NCBI GenBank assembly: GCA_963722385.1
Contig: CAVRKK010000001.1
Location: 268,838-332,837 of the forward strand
From: an uncultured bacterium
Lineage (GTDB): Bacteria; Babelota; Babeliae; Babelales; Babelaceae
Length of the DNA stretch: 64,000 nucleotides
Direction of reading: 5' to 3'
Shown here: one piece after another, positions 10,576 through 21,689 of the stretch
Position numbering within the stretch: the stretch's first letter is position 1
How the letters are laid out: every line of letters starts with the position of its first letter
Translations under genes and position numbers: made by a program
Notes under the pieces: model-generated
What the model was told of the DNA's origin: nothing
The model's database searches: none
The model's input: only the letters and a program-made list of their open reading frames with translations

Positions 10576-11085
10576 TCAAGCACTAAGTCTATCTCTATAT
10601 TTTATATCTTCTTCGAGAATAAACCGACCCAAAAGATAATGCTTAAAATCTTTTTTACGCAAGAGCAAGGTTCCGTAGCCAGTTTTTAAAGGCCTCAAGC
10701 TGAGACCAACAAGCAGATGCTGCATTTCTTTTTTAATGGTATCAATATTCTCGATAGACGTGGCCATTAATTCTACTTCAAGAAAAGTACCTAAATCAGC
10801 AACCTCATCTATTCCAAGGGTGAAGTGCTGTGCTGCATAAGAGATTCTTCTCTTGTCAACCACATAATGAACAGTAAAATTATTCACGCGTTGTAGCTCG
10901 GAAAGATCGGCAACGCAGATTTGATGTAAACCAAGGCTCAGGAGAAGCTCATTAATTTTTTGAAGATCAGCATCTAGAAGCGGCAGAGAAAAACTATGCT
11001 CTTCACAGTAATCCTGAATAGCAAGATGGGGATTACTTAAGCAAGCACGATTAAATTTAAATTCCAGCTTCTTGTCGTTGCGCCT
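10576..11085 (-). pseudogene. CYTH-domain (class IV adenylate cyclase-like) protein, 5' end lost
   Basis: VDKRRISY, IDEVADLGTFLEVE; no N-terminal ExExK motif, replaced by IS-derived DNA. Confidence 0.7.
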
Positions 11086-11264
11086 GCTGAACCGCCGATG
11101 CGTTTTCATATCTCCCAAGCGTTACTTTCCCTGGCTCCCAGGGTAGATGCTCATATTTTATCAACTTGCAAGAACAATGCAAGAACGACTTTAAGTCATT
11201 CTTACACAAATTTGAAGGCCCGTATATCCCAGCCTTAAAAGTGCTGGGTTTTACGGCCTTTTTT
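11085..11264 (-). mobile_element. Non-autonomous IS200/IS605 derivative: left end, promoter and tnpB omegaRNA-like scaffold
   Basis: TTTAT, hairpin aggccgtaaaacccagc..gctgggatatacgggcct, TTGCAT-N16-TAAAAT, then ctaccctgggagccagggaaagtaacgcttgggagatatg...ttcagc. Confidence 0.6.
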
Positions 11265-11609
11265 ATAAAGCGTCCCGAGAGCTTCGTCAAACAATGATCA
11301 ATAAAGCTGAAATTCTTCTTTAGAAGGCTCGCTGTTGCCGCGATCGCCCCCCAATAGAAGCAGATGTTGTATAAGGGCATTTCGAAATCGCCGCCCCTAA
11401 ACATCCGTGTTGTAAAATGAGCGTCATAATAGAACAATAGTAGAGGTATTTCATGACTTTATCCTTTAAAATCTAATATTATTATTTTTCTTAAGCGTAT
11501 ATTTTATTTAAATTTATATAATTCAATGCATATAAGTCAATAATTTTTACCAGGAGATCGCAGTGCTCGATCCGTATTCTAAGAAAACGATATAGACTCA
11601 AATACTTTC

Positions 11610-12503
11610 TCAGTAAATAATTGTGCTTATTTTTGAAAGCTGCTGCGCTTCTTCATAGGTAATTACGCGATTATGCTTCTTGATATGGTCTAATTGAAAT
11701 CGCATTATGATCGCATCAACGTCTGGCACCTGAAATTCGGCTGCTCGATAAATATATCCCTGAAATGGTATCCGTTTATGTTTCATTGCGAGAGCAACTG
11801 ATTGAACAAATTCAGGTCTATCATCAACAAAAATAACGTTGTCTGGTGTATGGCCTATGTGGTCAAGAAATGCTGCAAGTACTACACCTTTTGGATATGA
11901 TGACGAACATAAAATCCCCTTATAAAAGACAGGGATACCTCGAGGCGGAGCAGGAAATTTATCAAATCGTATAGATTGTTCAGGAAAGCTTTTGCTCAAA
12001 TCTATACCAAGCCTTTGTAGTCTCTCATAACGCCATTCTTCAAAGCGCGGTACGCGCCCACCCCATACCGGCCCCGTGCCCTGTGCCGTAAGAGCAATAA
12101 CTTTTATACCACTTTGACATAATCTATTGATGGTATCAACCATTGATTGCTCAACTGCCCGGTATGATACCTTGGTATATATTTCAGCACTTATGGCCTC
12201 ACTATAGTCTAAAGGATCCTCTTTTGTTGCTGCATGGCGAATAAACTCAGCTTGAATTTCTTTAACAACCGAATGGTTTTGGAGCGCAGCAAAGAGGTAA
12301 GGGTCGGTTGGCACAAGTATTGTTTCATCGCAATCAAATATTACTAATGTTGAAGGGTCTACGCGCTCTATCAAATCCTTAATTTCGTTAAATGAGTTAA
12401 TCTCCTGTATCGATGAAAACGCTTTCTGTCCCAAAAATAAGAGCACAGCTCCCATAACCAAACTCAAAATATGCTGCTGCATTGTGATTCTTTTATTTAT
12501 CAT
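11610..12503 (-). CDS. DUF2608 family HAD-like protein
   Basis: Signal peptide; LVIFDCDET, VIALTA, KG..L, IFVDDR motifs. Confidence 0.85.
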   Translation of the reverse strand: MINKRITMQQHILSLVMGAVLLFLGQKAFSSIQEINSFNEIKDLIERVDPSTLVIFDCDETILVPTDPYLFAALQNHSVVKEIQAEFIRHAATKEDPLDYSEAISAEIYTKVSYRAVEQSMVDTINRLCQSGIKVIALTAQGTGPVWGGRVPRFEEWRYERLQRLGIDLSKSFPEQSIRFDKFPAPPRGIPVFYKGILCSSSYPKGVVLAAFLDHIGHTPDNVIFVDDRPEFVQSVALAMKHKRIPFQGYIYRAAEFQVPDVDAIIMRFQLDHIKKHNRVITYEEAQQLSKISTIIY

Positions 12504-12661
12504 ACTCGCCCTTAATCCAAACTTTAACAGTTATATATTCTAGCAAAGGAAGCCTACCGCCGTAAATAATTTTGAACAACGAATTCTCACCACCATAACT
12601 CTTGCCTACCTTACGCGCGCTCATTTAGATTGGTATAGATGTATTCAACGAAAGCGCTACC

Positions 12662-13330
12662 ATGGTATTCACAAAAACTGAGGTTCGTATCCCCATCAAC
12701 AGTTCGTTTATATATGGTGATTTAAGCCTAGCCACCTCTACCAAAGGCATTATCATTTTTGCTCATGGAAGCGGCAGTAGTCGGCTGAGCACAAGAAACC
12801 AGTTCGTAGCGGACATTTTGCAACAAGCAGGCTTTTCTACCTTTTTATTTGATTTGCTTACAAAAGATGAAGAACATATTGATATATATACTCGGGAATT
12901 TAGATTTAATATACCGTTATTGGCAGAGCGACTTGTAGAGGTAACTCAATGGATTCGGACACGCGAAGATTTGTCAGTGCTACCCCTCGGGTATTTTGGT
13001 GCAAGCACCGGTGCCGCAGCGGCTTTAATTGCGGCCGCCCTCTTTGCTCACAAAGTAACTGCCATTGTTTCTCGTGGTGGCAGGCCTGATCTGGCAGGTA
13101 GCTATTTACCGCAAGTTAAAGCTGCTACCCTGTTAATTGTTGGGCAACTTGATAGTGAAGTCATTGCTTTAAATAAACAGGCCTATAACCAATTAACCTG
13201 CAAAAAAGAACTAGCGATCGTATCCGGCGCAACCCACTTGTTCGAGGAAGAGGGAACTCTGGAAGAAGCTGCCCGCCTTACAAAAGAATGGTTTGCTCGC
13301 TATATGGAGCCTAAGCGATATATTTCATAA
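12662..13330 (+). CDS. Dienelactone-hydrolase-like alpha/beta hydrolase
   Basis: FAHGSGSSR, GYFGASTGAA, SRGGRPDLA, GATHLFEE. Confidence 0.9.
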   Translation: MVFTKTEVRIPINSSFIYGDLSLATSTKGIIIFAHGSGSSRLSTRNQFVADILQQAGFSTFLFDLLTKDEEHIDIYTREFRFNIPLLAERLVEVTQWIRTREDLSVLPLGYFGASTGAAAALIAAALFAHKVTAIVSRGGRPDLAGSYLPQVKAATLLIVGQLDSEVIALNKQAYNQLTCKKELAIVSGATHLFEEEGTLEEAARLTKEWFARYMEPKRYIS

Positions 13331-13866
13331 GTCACGCATAGCCATTTATTAAACTTACGTTGAACCGAGGCATCGCAGGGAGGTAATTCCTCATGCTCTT
13401 TACCAAACCATTTGAGTTCTTTCGACTCGTTATTACCAATAGGCTGTTCATCCCTGGTAACATGTAACAAAAAACCAATATCGTAATGGTAATGTTCTTT
13501 TTCACGCGAATTAGCAGGAATAAGGTGAATATCAATGTCAAAAATGCCACTGCTCATGGGAACAATAGCGTTTATGCCTGACTCTTCTTGTGCCTCTCTC
13601 GTGGCGACACGCAAAACATCTGGATCACCATCACAATGCCCTCCTGGCTGTAGCCATTTATCAAGCCGGGCATGATGCATCAAAAGAGCCTTCGTTTTAT
13701 CTTTGCTTAAAAGCCATGCTGAAGCCGTAACATGGCCTATCGGTAGCGATCTCTCAAAGCATTCTTCGTGTGTCTCAATAAATGAAATTATGCGATCTTT
13801 GGTGAGAATTTCTTCAGATGACGGCGTATATGCCTGTAGCATCTTCATAAGCGTATATCTATGCAT
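13300..13866 (-). CDS. NUDIX hydrolase
   Basis: PGGHCD...ATREAQEESG Nudix box; GHVTASAW; likely start MHRYTL. Confidence 0.9.
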   Translation of the reverse strand: MHRYTLMKMLQAYTPSSEEILTKDRIISFIETHEECFERSLPIGHVTASAWLLSKDKTKALLMHHARLDKWLQPGGHCDGDPDVLRVATREAQEESGINAIVPMSSGIFDIDIHLIPANSREKEHYHYDIGFLLHVTRDEQPIGNNESKELKWFGKEHEELPPCDASVQRKFNKWLCVTYEIYRLGSI

Positions 13867-13877
13867 AGTTCCACCTG

Positions 13878-14792
13878 TTAAAAATTTAGGTCCCATGTTA
13901 CCCAAAAAGCAGTGATATTTTTATAGCCTTCCTTCTGTGGCTTATGATCAAAGCCCTCAGAAAAGCCCAAAGCAATCGAATTTGGAAGGTCATAGAGTGA
14001 AAAACAATACTTATATGTCCCGTAAAAAGTACTTCGTATATATGGTATATTTTTTACCACGTTAGCAATACGCGGGGATATCTTCGTTCCCCATAGAAAA
14101 GTTGGGTTATAACCAGCCTCAAATCTATGATCACCCCAGGTAGTATGATGTGCAATAAATAAGTCGGCAAGGTTGCCAAAATCAAAATCATACTGGTGTA
14201 CTTGGTCATCATTTTTAAAAGGCGTCTTTCGCGGGAAAAAATGAATAACCCGAGCAGCCGTTCTCATTGAATGTTTCTGGTTTCGGTTCTGCAAATACTC
14301 GAAGGCGCCATCTGCCTGTATTCCCAATCCAACATGACCATACCCGAACTGGAAGTTTTCGAGACTCAAGTCTCTATGAGTCGGAATACCGAGCAACCCT
14401 GAAAGAGTTACTATCATTCCCTCCTGCAAAGAATGTGTGTAGCCGGCTGAAAAAAGCAAATCATCTGTTTGCGTTTGTGCAAAGTGAACACCTTGCTTAT
14501 CTTGAGTGATGCGCGCTACAGCAAAATCAGCACGAACATAAAAAGTTTTTGCCGAATAAATAAAGTTACTTAAATTGGCTGCAACGGACTGGCGCGTACC
14601 ATCGCGTTTATGCCGAAGTTGACCAAGGGGCGTATCAGCAATCAAAATAGGATAAATATAGTGGCTGTCTAGCCTGTAATGTTTTGTCGTTTCTGCTATG
14701 CGAAGGTTATAGACAACTGACACACTATCATAGCTTTTTTGCCCAATAAGGAGACAACACATAAGGATGATGATATGTGTTTTTACCTGCAT
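13878..14792 (-). CDS. Putative outer-membrane beta-barrel protein
   Basis: Signal peptide, alternating aromatic strands, C-terminal WVTWDLNF. Confidence 0.65.
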   Translation of the reverse strand: MQVKTHIIILMCCLLIGQKSYDSVSVVYNLRIAETTKHYRLDSHYIYPILIADTPLGQLRHKRDGTRQSVAANLSNFIYSAKTFYVRADFAVARITQDKQGVHFAQTQTDDLLFSAGYTHSLQEGMIVTLSGLLGIPTHRDLSLENFQFGYGHVGLGIQADGAFEYLQNRNQKHSMRTAARVIHFFPRKTPFKNDDQVHQYDFDFGNLADLFIAHHTTWGDHRFEAGYNPTFLWGTKISPRIANVVKNIPYIRSTFYGTYKYCFSLYDLPNSIALGFSEGFDHKPQKEGYKNITAFWVTWDLNF

Positions 14793-15131
14793 ATAATCAA
14801 GCTGCCAATTGTTTTTGTTTTGTGCTCACGATATTTCTCAAGATACCTTGAGTATACACTCTTTAGGCAAGTTTACCATAGTCATCGAGTAAGTCCCTCT
14901 AGCGAAATATATTACAATCTTCGATGTAAGTATGGAATTTTGTATGAGAAATCAAATTACGATGCTATGATGCCCCTCTTACACCTAAACAAAGCACTCT
15001 TGCTACTATTGGCTTTACTGTTAAGCGTAAACATGGCAAAGCGATAATGCTCGCTTGATCAGTTTAACCGCCAGTTTCTTGAGGCATTTTTTTAGAAACC
15101 TTTACAGAACTTCGAGGCGGGCGCTTTGCTT

Positions 15132-15545
15132 TCAGTAACTCGCGTTTACCTTTTCTCGCTTAGGCAGTATTTCTAAATGGATAGAACTCCCTGAAGTACG
15201 TTTATTTGCAATAGTAATCTCTGCGGTTTTTTCCCACTCGGCTATCATAACAGGGCTTGCTAAAATAAAGTGCCCTTCTTTCTCCACCTTAATTACAAGG
15301 GCTTCAATTTCAACAGCACTTTCATCCTGCTCACGTATTACGAGATCGAGAAGATACCCATTTGTTGTAGCAAAGCCAAATCGTTGGCCGTCAATAAACT
15401 CAACGCTTTCGTTAATAAGCGTTTTGCCATCAATACCAAAAGTAACAAAGAGGCTGCTGGCTTGTGAGCCGGCAGACACCAATAATATGCTCGCTAGAAT
15501 TGACTTAAAAATTTTCATAATTCTCCAGAGATAAATTAGGCACAA
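15132..15545 (-). CDS. Hypothetical secreted protein
   Basis: Signal peptide MKIFKSILASILLVSAGSQA from an internal ATG. Confidence 0.65.
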   Translation of the reverse strand: MCLIYLWRIMKIFKSILASILLVSAGSQASSLFVTFGIDGKTLINESVEFIDGQRFGFATTNGYLLDLVIREQDESAVEIEALVIKVEKEGHFILASPVMIAEWEKTAEITIANKRTSGSSIHLEILPKREKVNASY

Positions 15546-15769
15546 CTAGCAAAAACGTACCAATTTATTTTAAGCATGTCTACGAAATAATAGGTGAAAA
15601 AGTACACCTGCGCATGCATCTTTAAAGAGCCGCATCAAAATCACGATGAAAGCGCTAAAATGGAGTAAGGCAGCTTAATGTTTTTGGGCAAATAATTTAA
15701 CTAATTATTCAAACGTCATTTTTAAATTGGCCTAATAACTCTAGCAAGCATGAAGCTTCTATAAGTGTT

Positions 15770-17116
15770 TTATGATTTAGCTCCTGCTTCTCGTAAAGGC
15801 TGGAGGAGCATTGCCATGATTATGGCAAATAGTTCTGGGAAAAGGCGTTGCAACTGAGCAGTAATTTGGCTGGCATCAAGACCGAGCACGTTGGGGCTTA
15901 GTAGGCGTTCAGCACCTATAGAGTATATGTCGTTAACTAATACTTGTAATTCCTCTTGTTCTTCAATGGCTTTCAACCGCGCAACAGATTCTTCAGCTGA
16001 TCTGGGTTGTTGATTGATGATATGCTCTAGAGCGCTTAAGCGACGATTGAGGGAATGCGTGAGGGCGGTAAGGTTGACCGCTATATTTTCATCAAGAGCA
16101 GTACTGAGGAGCCAACGCACTTGGTTGTAGCGACGTTGAGCGAGTGCGTAAGCAAGAGCCCTGTCGAAAATGCCAGTCCTATCAAAATCTATGTTCTGAG
16201 AAACGTCTTTCACAGCATCATACACATTTTGCATCGCTTTGATATTGCCTACAAGGGCAGCTCGAGCGAAGCCAGCAGGAAGGTTAACTATATGAGTAAA
16301 ATTACCGAGTATAAAATTGAAAACATTATAATTGCGCTGAGCAATAGCAAGGAAAAATGCTTGCCGAAGAAGTTGCTTATCTTCCTCACTGAGCTTATGA
16401 TGGTGAGCTTTTTGTAGTAATTCCTCTAAGAGCCGTAAAGCCTCTTTATTTCTCCTCGCTGTTATATAGGAAAGCAGCAATTTTTCATCTGTATAAGCTC
16501 TCATTGCAAGAATCAGGCGGGAGCTCGCGGTAGGGGTGAATCCATGTTCAAATAGCCATCGCAATACCTCTAAGGGATACGTACCTACTTTTAGATAAGG
16601 AAGGTTGAGTTGAGCACCAAGCATCATAAATTGGGCAAGCTCAAGAGGTTGAATTGCGAGTCCTAAATTAGATTTAATAAAGACAAAAATGGCTGTGTCG
16701 CCTAAGTGAAAAGGATGGTTTATTGTAGAAGGGGAAGGGGCATTAATATCAGCACCATAATCTACCAACAGTTCGATAAGTTCTAAAGCGTCAGGCATGG
16801 TTGCCGCTAAAATAATTGCCGGAAAACTTCCTGTTTCATGAGGTAAGGCACCATGAGCATTAGCCCGAGCGCCCTTTGCGAGAGCTTCTTTAGTAGTTTC
16901 TATGTCATTGGCTAAAATAGCGCTGATCAGCATATGGTCAAGCCTTTGCTGTTCTTCAGACCTTTCTTCAGAAATTATTACCCAAGAAGCCGGAGAGGCT
17001 TTAGGCTCGCCAGGGGCCTCTCCGGAAGGTTGATTATTCTGCTTCTCCATGGTATTGATGCCAGCGCTTGAGAATATTCCAAAGATAATTAATATAAAAA
17101 TAGTATAAGTCTTCAT
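15770..17116 (-). CDS. Secreted ankyrin-like repeat protein with F-box-like C-terminus
   Basis: ALAKGARAN, LLVDYGADINA ankyrin-type turns; tail RLFPELFAIIMAMLL. Confidence 0.75.
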   Translation of the reverse strand: MKTYTIFILIIFGIFSSAGINTMEKQNNQPSGEAPGEPKASPASWVIISEERSEEQQRLDHMLISAILANDIETTKEALAKGARANAHGALPHETGSFPAIILAATMPDALELIELLVDYGADINAPSPSTINHPFHLGDTAIFVFIKSNLGLAIQPLELAQFMMLGAQLNLPYLKVGTYPLEVLRWLFEHGFTPTASSRLILAMRAYTDEKLLLSYITARRNKEALRLLEELLQKAHHHKLSEEDKQLLRQAFFLAIAQRNYNVFNFILGNFTHIVNLPAGFARAALVGNIKAMQNVYDAVKDVSQNIDFDRTGIFDRALAYALAQRRYNQVRWLLSTALDENIAVNLTALTHSLNRRLSALEHIINQQPRSAEESVARLKAIEEQEELQVLVNDIYSIGAERLLSPNVLGLDASQITAQLQRLFPELFAIIMAMLLQPLREAGAKS

Positions 17117-17261
17117 TATAATGATCCTAATTATTTTATTTATTTTAATAATAATAAATTTTAAATTAAAAAATCAATATATTTATTACTGAAAATTTTA
17201 TAAGGTTTTTACCAAGGGGTGCAAAATTTGCACTTCTATAAGTAGTTCATAGGCTATTGTT

Positions 17262-18182
17262 TCATTTAGCTTCTGGCTGGCGTCGTAGATGCTGGAGTAA
17301 AGGGGCCATGATTATGGCAAGCAGTTCTGGAGGTAGGCGTGGTATCTGAGCAGTAATTTGGCCGATATCAAGACCGAGCACGTTAGGACTTAATAATCGC
17401 TCAGCGCCTACGTTACGTATATCTCTCAAGAGGGCATTTAACTCTTCTCGTTCATAAAGGGGGTTGCTTATTTCATCCTCATTTTTATAAAAAGGGACTA
17501 ATTGCTTCAGTCGAGCTTTTATGTCAGTTAATTGTTCATCTAAGGCATTTAATTCATTTTGTTCGTTTTCAGGCTGACCAGAGGTTTGCAAGCGATTTAT
17601 GACTTGGGATCGCTGAATCATTAATTCTTCTTTTTGCTCAAATAAGATGGTTAGTTCATCTTGCTCTTCTTCTGATAGGGGTGAGGTAGCAAAATGATTA
17701 ATGGCTATATTGTCATTAAAAGCAGTATTGAAAATCCAGCGTATGGCATCCATATGTCGCTGGGCGAAAGCGTAGGCAATCGCTCTGTCGAAGATATCGT
17801 CCCAGTTTACATGAGGTGCATCATGGTAAATAGTTTCCATAGCATGGATATTGCCCACAAGCACTGCACGTGCAAACGCTGGAGCAAGGTTAAGTCGATC
17901 AGCAAAATGATTGAATATAAAATCGAAAATAACGTCATTCTGCTGTGCAATAGCAAGTAAGAATGCTTGCTGAAGAAGCAGTATACCATCTTTGGCAAGC
18001 TCATTATTTTCTGCTTTTTGATGCAGCTGCTCGAGAATAGATAATGCGTTTTTAGTCCAAAGAACTGATAAAGCTTTTTTCTTATTGGTTACTATATAAT
18101 TGCGTAGATCGTTGTTCGGATAAACGTTTTGTAATATTAGACTATGTTGGATTAATCCATGCTCTAACAACCATTGCAGCAC
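17262..18182 (-). pseudogene. 5'-truncated paralog of 15770..17116
   Basis: Shares QAF.LAIAQ, FARA.LVGNI.AM, GAERLLSPNVLGLD; lacks signal peptide and first repeats; abuts the DUF1761 gene stop. Confidence 0.7.
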
Positions 18183-18220
18183 CTTGTGGGAATAATTTCT
18201 CCAATTTAAAGGAAGGAGAC

Positions 18221-18679
18221 TTACCTCCAGATACCCAAGATTGCACCTGCAGCTAAAAGAGTTACTAACATATTACCTATACCTAACCAAAACAAAGTCT
18301 TTTGGTTACACCATAATGCATCGCTTAATTTGATTGGTACAACAAACCCGATCCATACTAAGGAAGCTACCATCAGCCCACCATTAAAAGATACCATCCC
18401 CATATTTTTCATAAACACGGCCAATACGTAAACCATAGCCAAAGTGCCGAGGAATTGATAGATGTATACCATTCCAAGGGTCTTCTTGAGCTCGGCTATT
18501 TGATCTGCGTTCATTGTATCCATGCCAACGGCACACATAAAGTGCTTCCCAAAAAACAGCCCGTACCATAACGCTCCAATGATCATAGCTACAATAGAAG
18601 CAGCTACTACCGGTAGCCAATGTACGCTCATAATCATCATTACTTCACCTTCTTGCTTTAGTTGAATCCTAAATACCAA
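18221..18679 (-). CDS. DUF1761 family membrane protein
   Basis: V.WL.VV.A......IGALWYG.FFGK.FM motif, 4 TM helices. Confidence 0.85.
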   Translation of the reverse strand: MVFRIQLKQEGEVMMIMSVHWLPVVAASIVAMIIGALWYGLFFGKHFMCAVGMDTMNADQIAELKKTLGMVYIYQFLGTLAMVYVLAVFMKNMGMVSFNGGLMVASLVWIGFVVPIKLSDALWCNQKTLFWLGIGNMLVTLLAAGAILGIWR

Positions 18680-18840
18680 TTCATAATCCTTAAAAAGGGT
18701 AATCAGATTCTCCTAGGCTGTCAAGACATCCAATGGGTTTTGCATGCTAAGCATAGCAATCACAGATTACCGCTATCAATGAGCCGAATGCTTGATTTTT
18801 TTTAAATAAATATTATATTTGCTAATAATTTATTAGGAAA

Positions 18841-19590
18841 ATGATGGATAATTATCAAATGATCGCTGGCATTGATGATGCAACTAAATGTCCCTGTATA
18901 GGGAGCATTTTCCTTGCGGGTGCAGTTGCTGATGAGACCACTATACATTCATGGCAGGAGATTGGGGTTAAAGATAGCAAGCTTATTGCGCGTAAAAAGA
19001 GAGAAGAATTAGCAGGGATCATAAAAGCAACTAGCCGCGCTTATCATGTTGACCAAATAACACCTTCCATGATTGACGATAAGAGCTTTAATCTTAACGA
19101 GTGGGAGATGCTTATTGTTTTTAGGATAATTGAGGCATTGAGTCTATGTGAGCCTCAGCATATTTATATTGATAACTGGGAGACCTCTCAAATTGGCTTT
19201 AATAAGCGTTATCAGTTTTTAATGAGTGATGCTGCTCAGTTTCGGCGAGCTGAAAAAAATATTATATTGCAGCCAAGTCTGCTTGCTCAAGCGCCGGTGA
19301 TTGCCGAGCATCGTGCCGATGAAAATTATACTATTGTAGGTGCTGCTTCTATATTAGCTAAAACGGCTTCTGATGAGCAATATGATCACTATAAAAAAGA
19401 ATATGGCGATTTTGGCAGCGGTAGTCCTGCCGATCCCAAGACGCGTCATTTTGTTTGGCAGCATCGCCATAATCCTCCCCCTCTTATTCGTACAAGCTGG
19501 CATACATACAAAACGCTTTCTCTTCTATCACGTATAGAAGACGATCACCTTTATAAACCTAAAAACTATGCATTGACTGAGCGGTTGTAG
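18841..19590 (+). CDS. rnhB: RNase HII-family protein, archaeal/eukaryote-like, non-canonical motifs
   Basis: AGIDD, GVKDSK, YIDN, EHRADENY.IVGAASILAK, DFGSGSPADPKT, IRTSW. Confidence 0.85.
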   Translation: MMDNYQMIAGIDDATKCPCIGSIFLAGAVADETTIHSWQEIGVKDSKLIARKKREELAGIIKATSRAYHVDQITPSMIDDKSFNLNEWEMLIVFRIIEALSLCEPQHIYIDNWETSQIGFNKRYQFLMSDAAQFRRAEKNIILQPSLLAQAPVIAEHRADENYTIVGAASILAKTASDEQYDHYKKEYGDFGSGSPADPKTRHFVWQHRHNPPPLIRTSWHTYKTLSLLSRIEDDHLYKPKNYALTERL

Positions 19591-19704
19591 CTTTCCGCAC
19601 TCATACTATTTGATCTTCATTGACTTATTTACCTGTTAGTCTATTCTATTTAAATTGGTATTCCAGTAGATAGCTCTATCCTACGCTTATTTTGAAATAA
19701 TTTA

Positions 19705-21480
19705 ATGAGGTTGTTGTTGCTTATGAGATTTGTTGCCTTATTTCTTATTAGTATAATTTTATATGGTGCTTCTACTGACGCGATGGAAAGTACGGACCCT
19801 TCGGAACAGCTTAGGCAAGCTATTGTTCGAAGTGACTTTGGGGCTGCTCGGCAGGCTTTTATGCGTGGAACAAATGTTCCTGCTATATTGAAAAGCATGG
19901 AGATTGCTGTTGTGGAAGAGTTTAAGCAAGCATTTGCTCGAGGTGACGTTAAGGCTGTTGAGTTGGCTATCATGCGTGGAGCGGCTATGCCCGCTATAGT
20001 GCAAAGCGATGAAGCCATACGAGGGTGGTATGGTAGTCCTTTGATTAATGTTGCTGCCCGTATTGGCAATGGTGAATTAGTGCTGCTTCTCTGTGAGCAT
20101 GGTGCCGATATCAATTCTTGTGAGTTCGAGGTTTTCCATTATGGGAAGCATATTGAATCGACATCGGTGATAATGGCTTTTTTGATGGCGGAGCTCAATG
20201 GTACTGAAAGCGTCGAGGAGCAATGGAAGCAACGAAAATATTGGCTTAACCGTGTCTTAATGCGTGGAGCTCAATTAAATATTGATGCGGAAATGCCCAT
20301 TCAATTATTGCGACACCCTTTGAAAGAAAAATGCTTGCGATGGCTTTTCAGACATGGATATCGATTAAAGCCTGGCAATATACCTAATACCTTTATTCGT
20401 CAAGCAGTAGAAGATGCTTATGAAGATTTTCCTTTTTTGGCACTTGTTGTTCTTAGATCTTCTGGTACAGCGAAGATGTTTAATGAGATGCTTTATTTTT
20501 TTGAGCAAGGTGATGATTCCGAAGTTGATGCTAAAGAAAAAGCGAAGACTTATAAAACATTGATAATATTGGCGACGGCACAGCGAGATCGAATATTAGG
20601 CAAAATTTTGGATTCGTTAATAGTTAATGATATCCCAGAAAAAATTTTACTGAAGGCGCTTGTTATTGCAGCGCTTATTGGGAAAAGGGGGAGCTTCGGC
20701 TCATTATATCAAAAGTATATTGACAGAAGGCTTAAGCAATCAAATAAAGAATATATTGAGAGAGCGCTGAAGAAAGAGAATGAAAATGCTAAAGACAGAA
20801 TGCTTGAGCAAGCGGATAGATTGGAACTGCTTGTCAGTGTGGAGGAAGTGAGGGCTTTAAGCCAAGCGCTTGGGTATGCCGACGCTCATGGACATGAGAA
20901 TCTCATTGCTTTTTTAAATATCAAGATTAACGAATTGTTTATCAAATTAGTAATGAAAAGAAATCCAGCCTATACTATAATTTTAGATAAATCGGGCGAT
21001 TTTCTGGAACAAAAAACTCTTCAGAAAGCATTTGATATTGCTATCAAAGCTGGAAATTGCGAGATAGTTAGAAATATTACTCGGTATGCTCATAATACGA
21101 TAATGGCAAATGAAGACGAATGGCATGCTACCATCGTAACAGCTCTTAAGCATGTCATTGTTTATGGGCCTGCCATACTTATTACGCAACTTTTACTAGC
21201 AGTGCCTTCTCATGTAGTAATTCCTGTCTTTGAACAATTGTACGTAGAACTCGCATCTTCTAATCAAGCGACATCCAAAGGATGGCAGACTGCGCTGATG
21301 AGAGTCATACAGGATGCAAGCTCACAGTATTCGGCAGAGAATGAGCCGGAACCTCTATCATTTGATGTATCGTCCCAGCTAGCAAGGTTGATCGGTTTTT
21401 TGCCTCCACAAGCGCTTCCCATACTTTTCCATATTCTCATTGGCTCATGGGAGCGATGCAAAAGGAACTCAGATTTTTAG
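19705..21480 (+). CDS. Secreted ankyrin-like repeat protein
   Basis: Signal peptide ..TDA-MES; PLINVAARIGNGELVLLLCEHGADIN; tail FLPPQALPILFHIL. Confidence 0.75.
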   Translation: MRLLLLMRFVALFLISIILYGASTDAMESTDPSEQLRQAIVRSDFGAARQAFMRGTNVPAILKSMEIAVVEEFKQAFARGDVKAVELAIMRGAAMPAIVQSDEAIRGWYGSPLINVAARIGNGELVLLLCEHGADINSCEFEVFHYGKHIESTSVIMAFLMAELNGTESVEEQWKQRKYWLNRVLMRGAQLNIDAEMPIQLLRHPLKEKCLRWLFRHGYRLKPGNIPNTFIRQAVEDAYEDFPFLALVVLRSSGTAKMFNEMLYFFEQGDDSEVDAKEKAKTYKTLIILATAQRDRILGKILDSLIVNDIPEKILLKALVIAALIGKRGSFGSLYQKYIDRRLKQSNKEYIERALKKENENAKDRMLEQADRLELLVSVEEVRALSQALGYADAHGHENLIAFLNIKINELFIKLVMKRNPAYTIILDKSGDFLEQKTLQKAFDIAIKAGNCEIVRNITRYAHNTIMANEDEWHATIVTALKHVIVYGPAILITQLLLAVPSHVVIPVFEQLYVELASSNQATSKGWQTALMRVIQDASSQYSAENEPEPLSFDVSSQLARLIGFLPPQALPILFHILIGSWERCKRNSDF

Positions 21481-21689
21481 TTTATAAGAAAGATCAAGCA
21501 GCGCTGTCGCAAGCCTTTTGAGTCAAGAAAGTTATCACAGCTCGTATATTGTTTCAGCTAAATTTACTAAATTATGTAGGAAATCAAGCTATCTTTCTCA
21601 AATAGTTAACATTATCGCCATAGAGATGCCTACCTCGCCTAAAAGCCGGCAAGTCTTTCCCAAGGCTTTTTTCTGATGCGGAAAGGATG

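Noticed and set aside
11057..11437. 126-aa ORF
   Set aside because: It spans the IS-derived cassette and is likely a chance fusion frame
21622..21672. Possible degenerate IS200/IS605 end (cctacctcgcctaaaagccggcaagtc)
   Set aside because: The stem is too imperfect to support by eye
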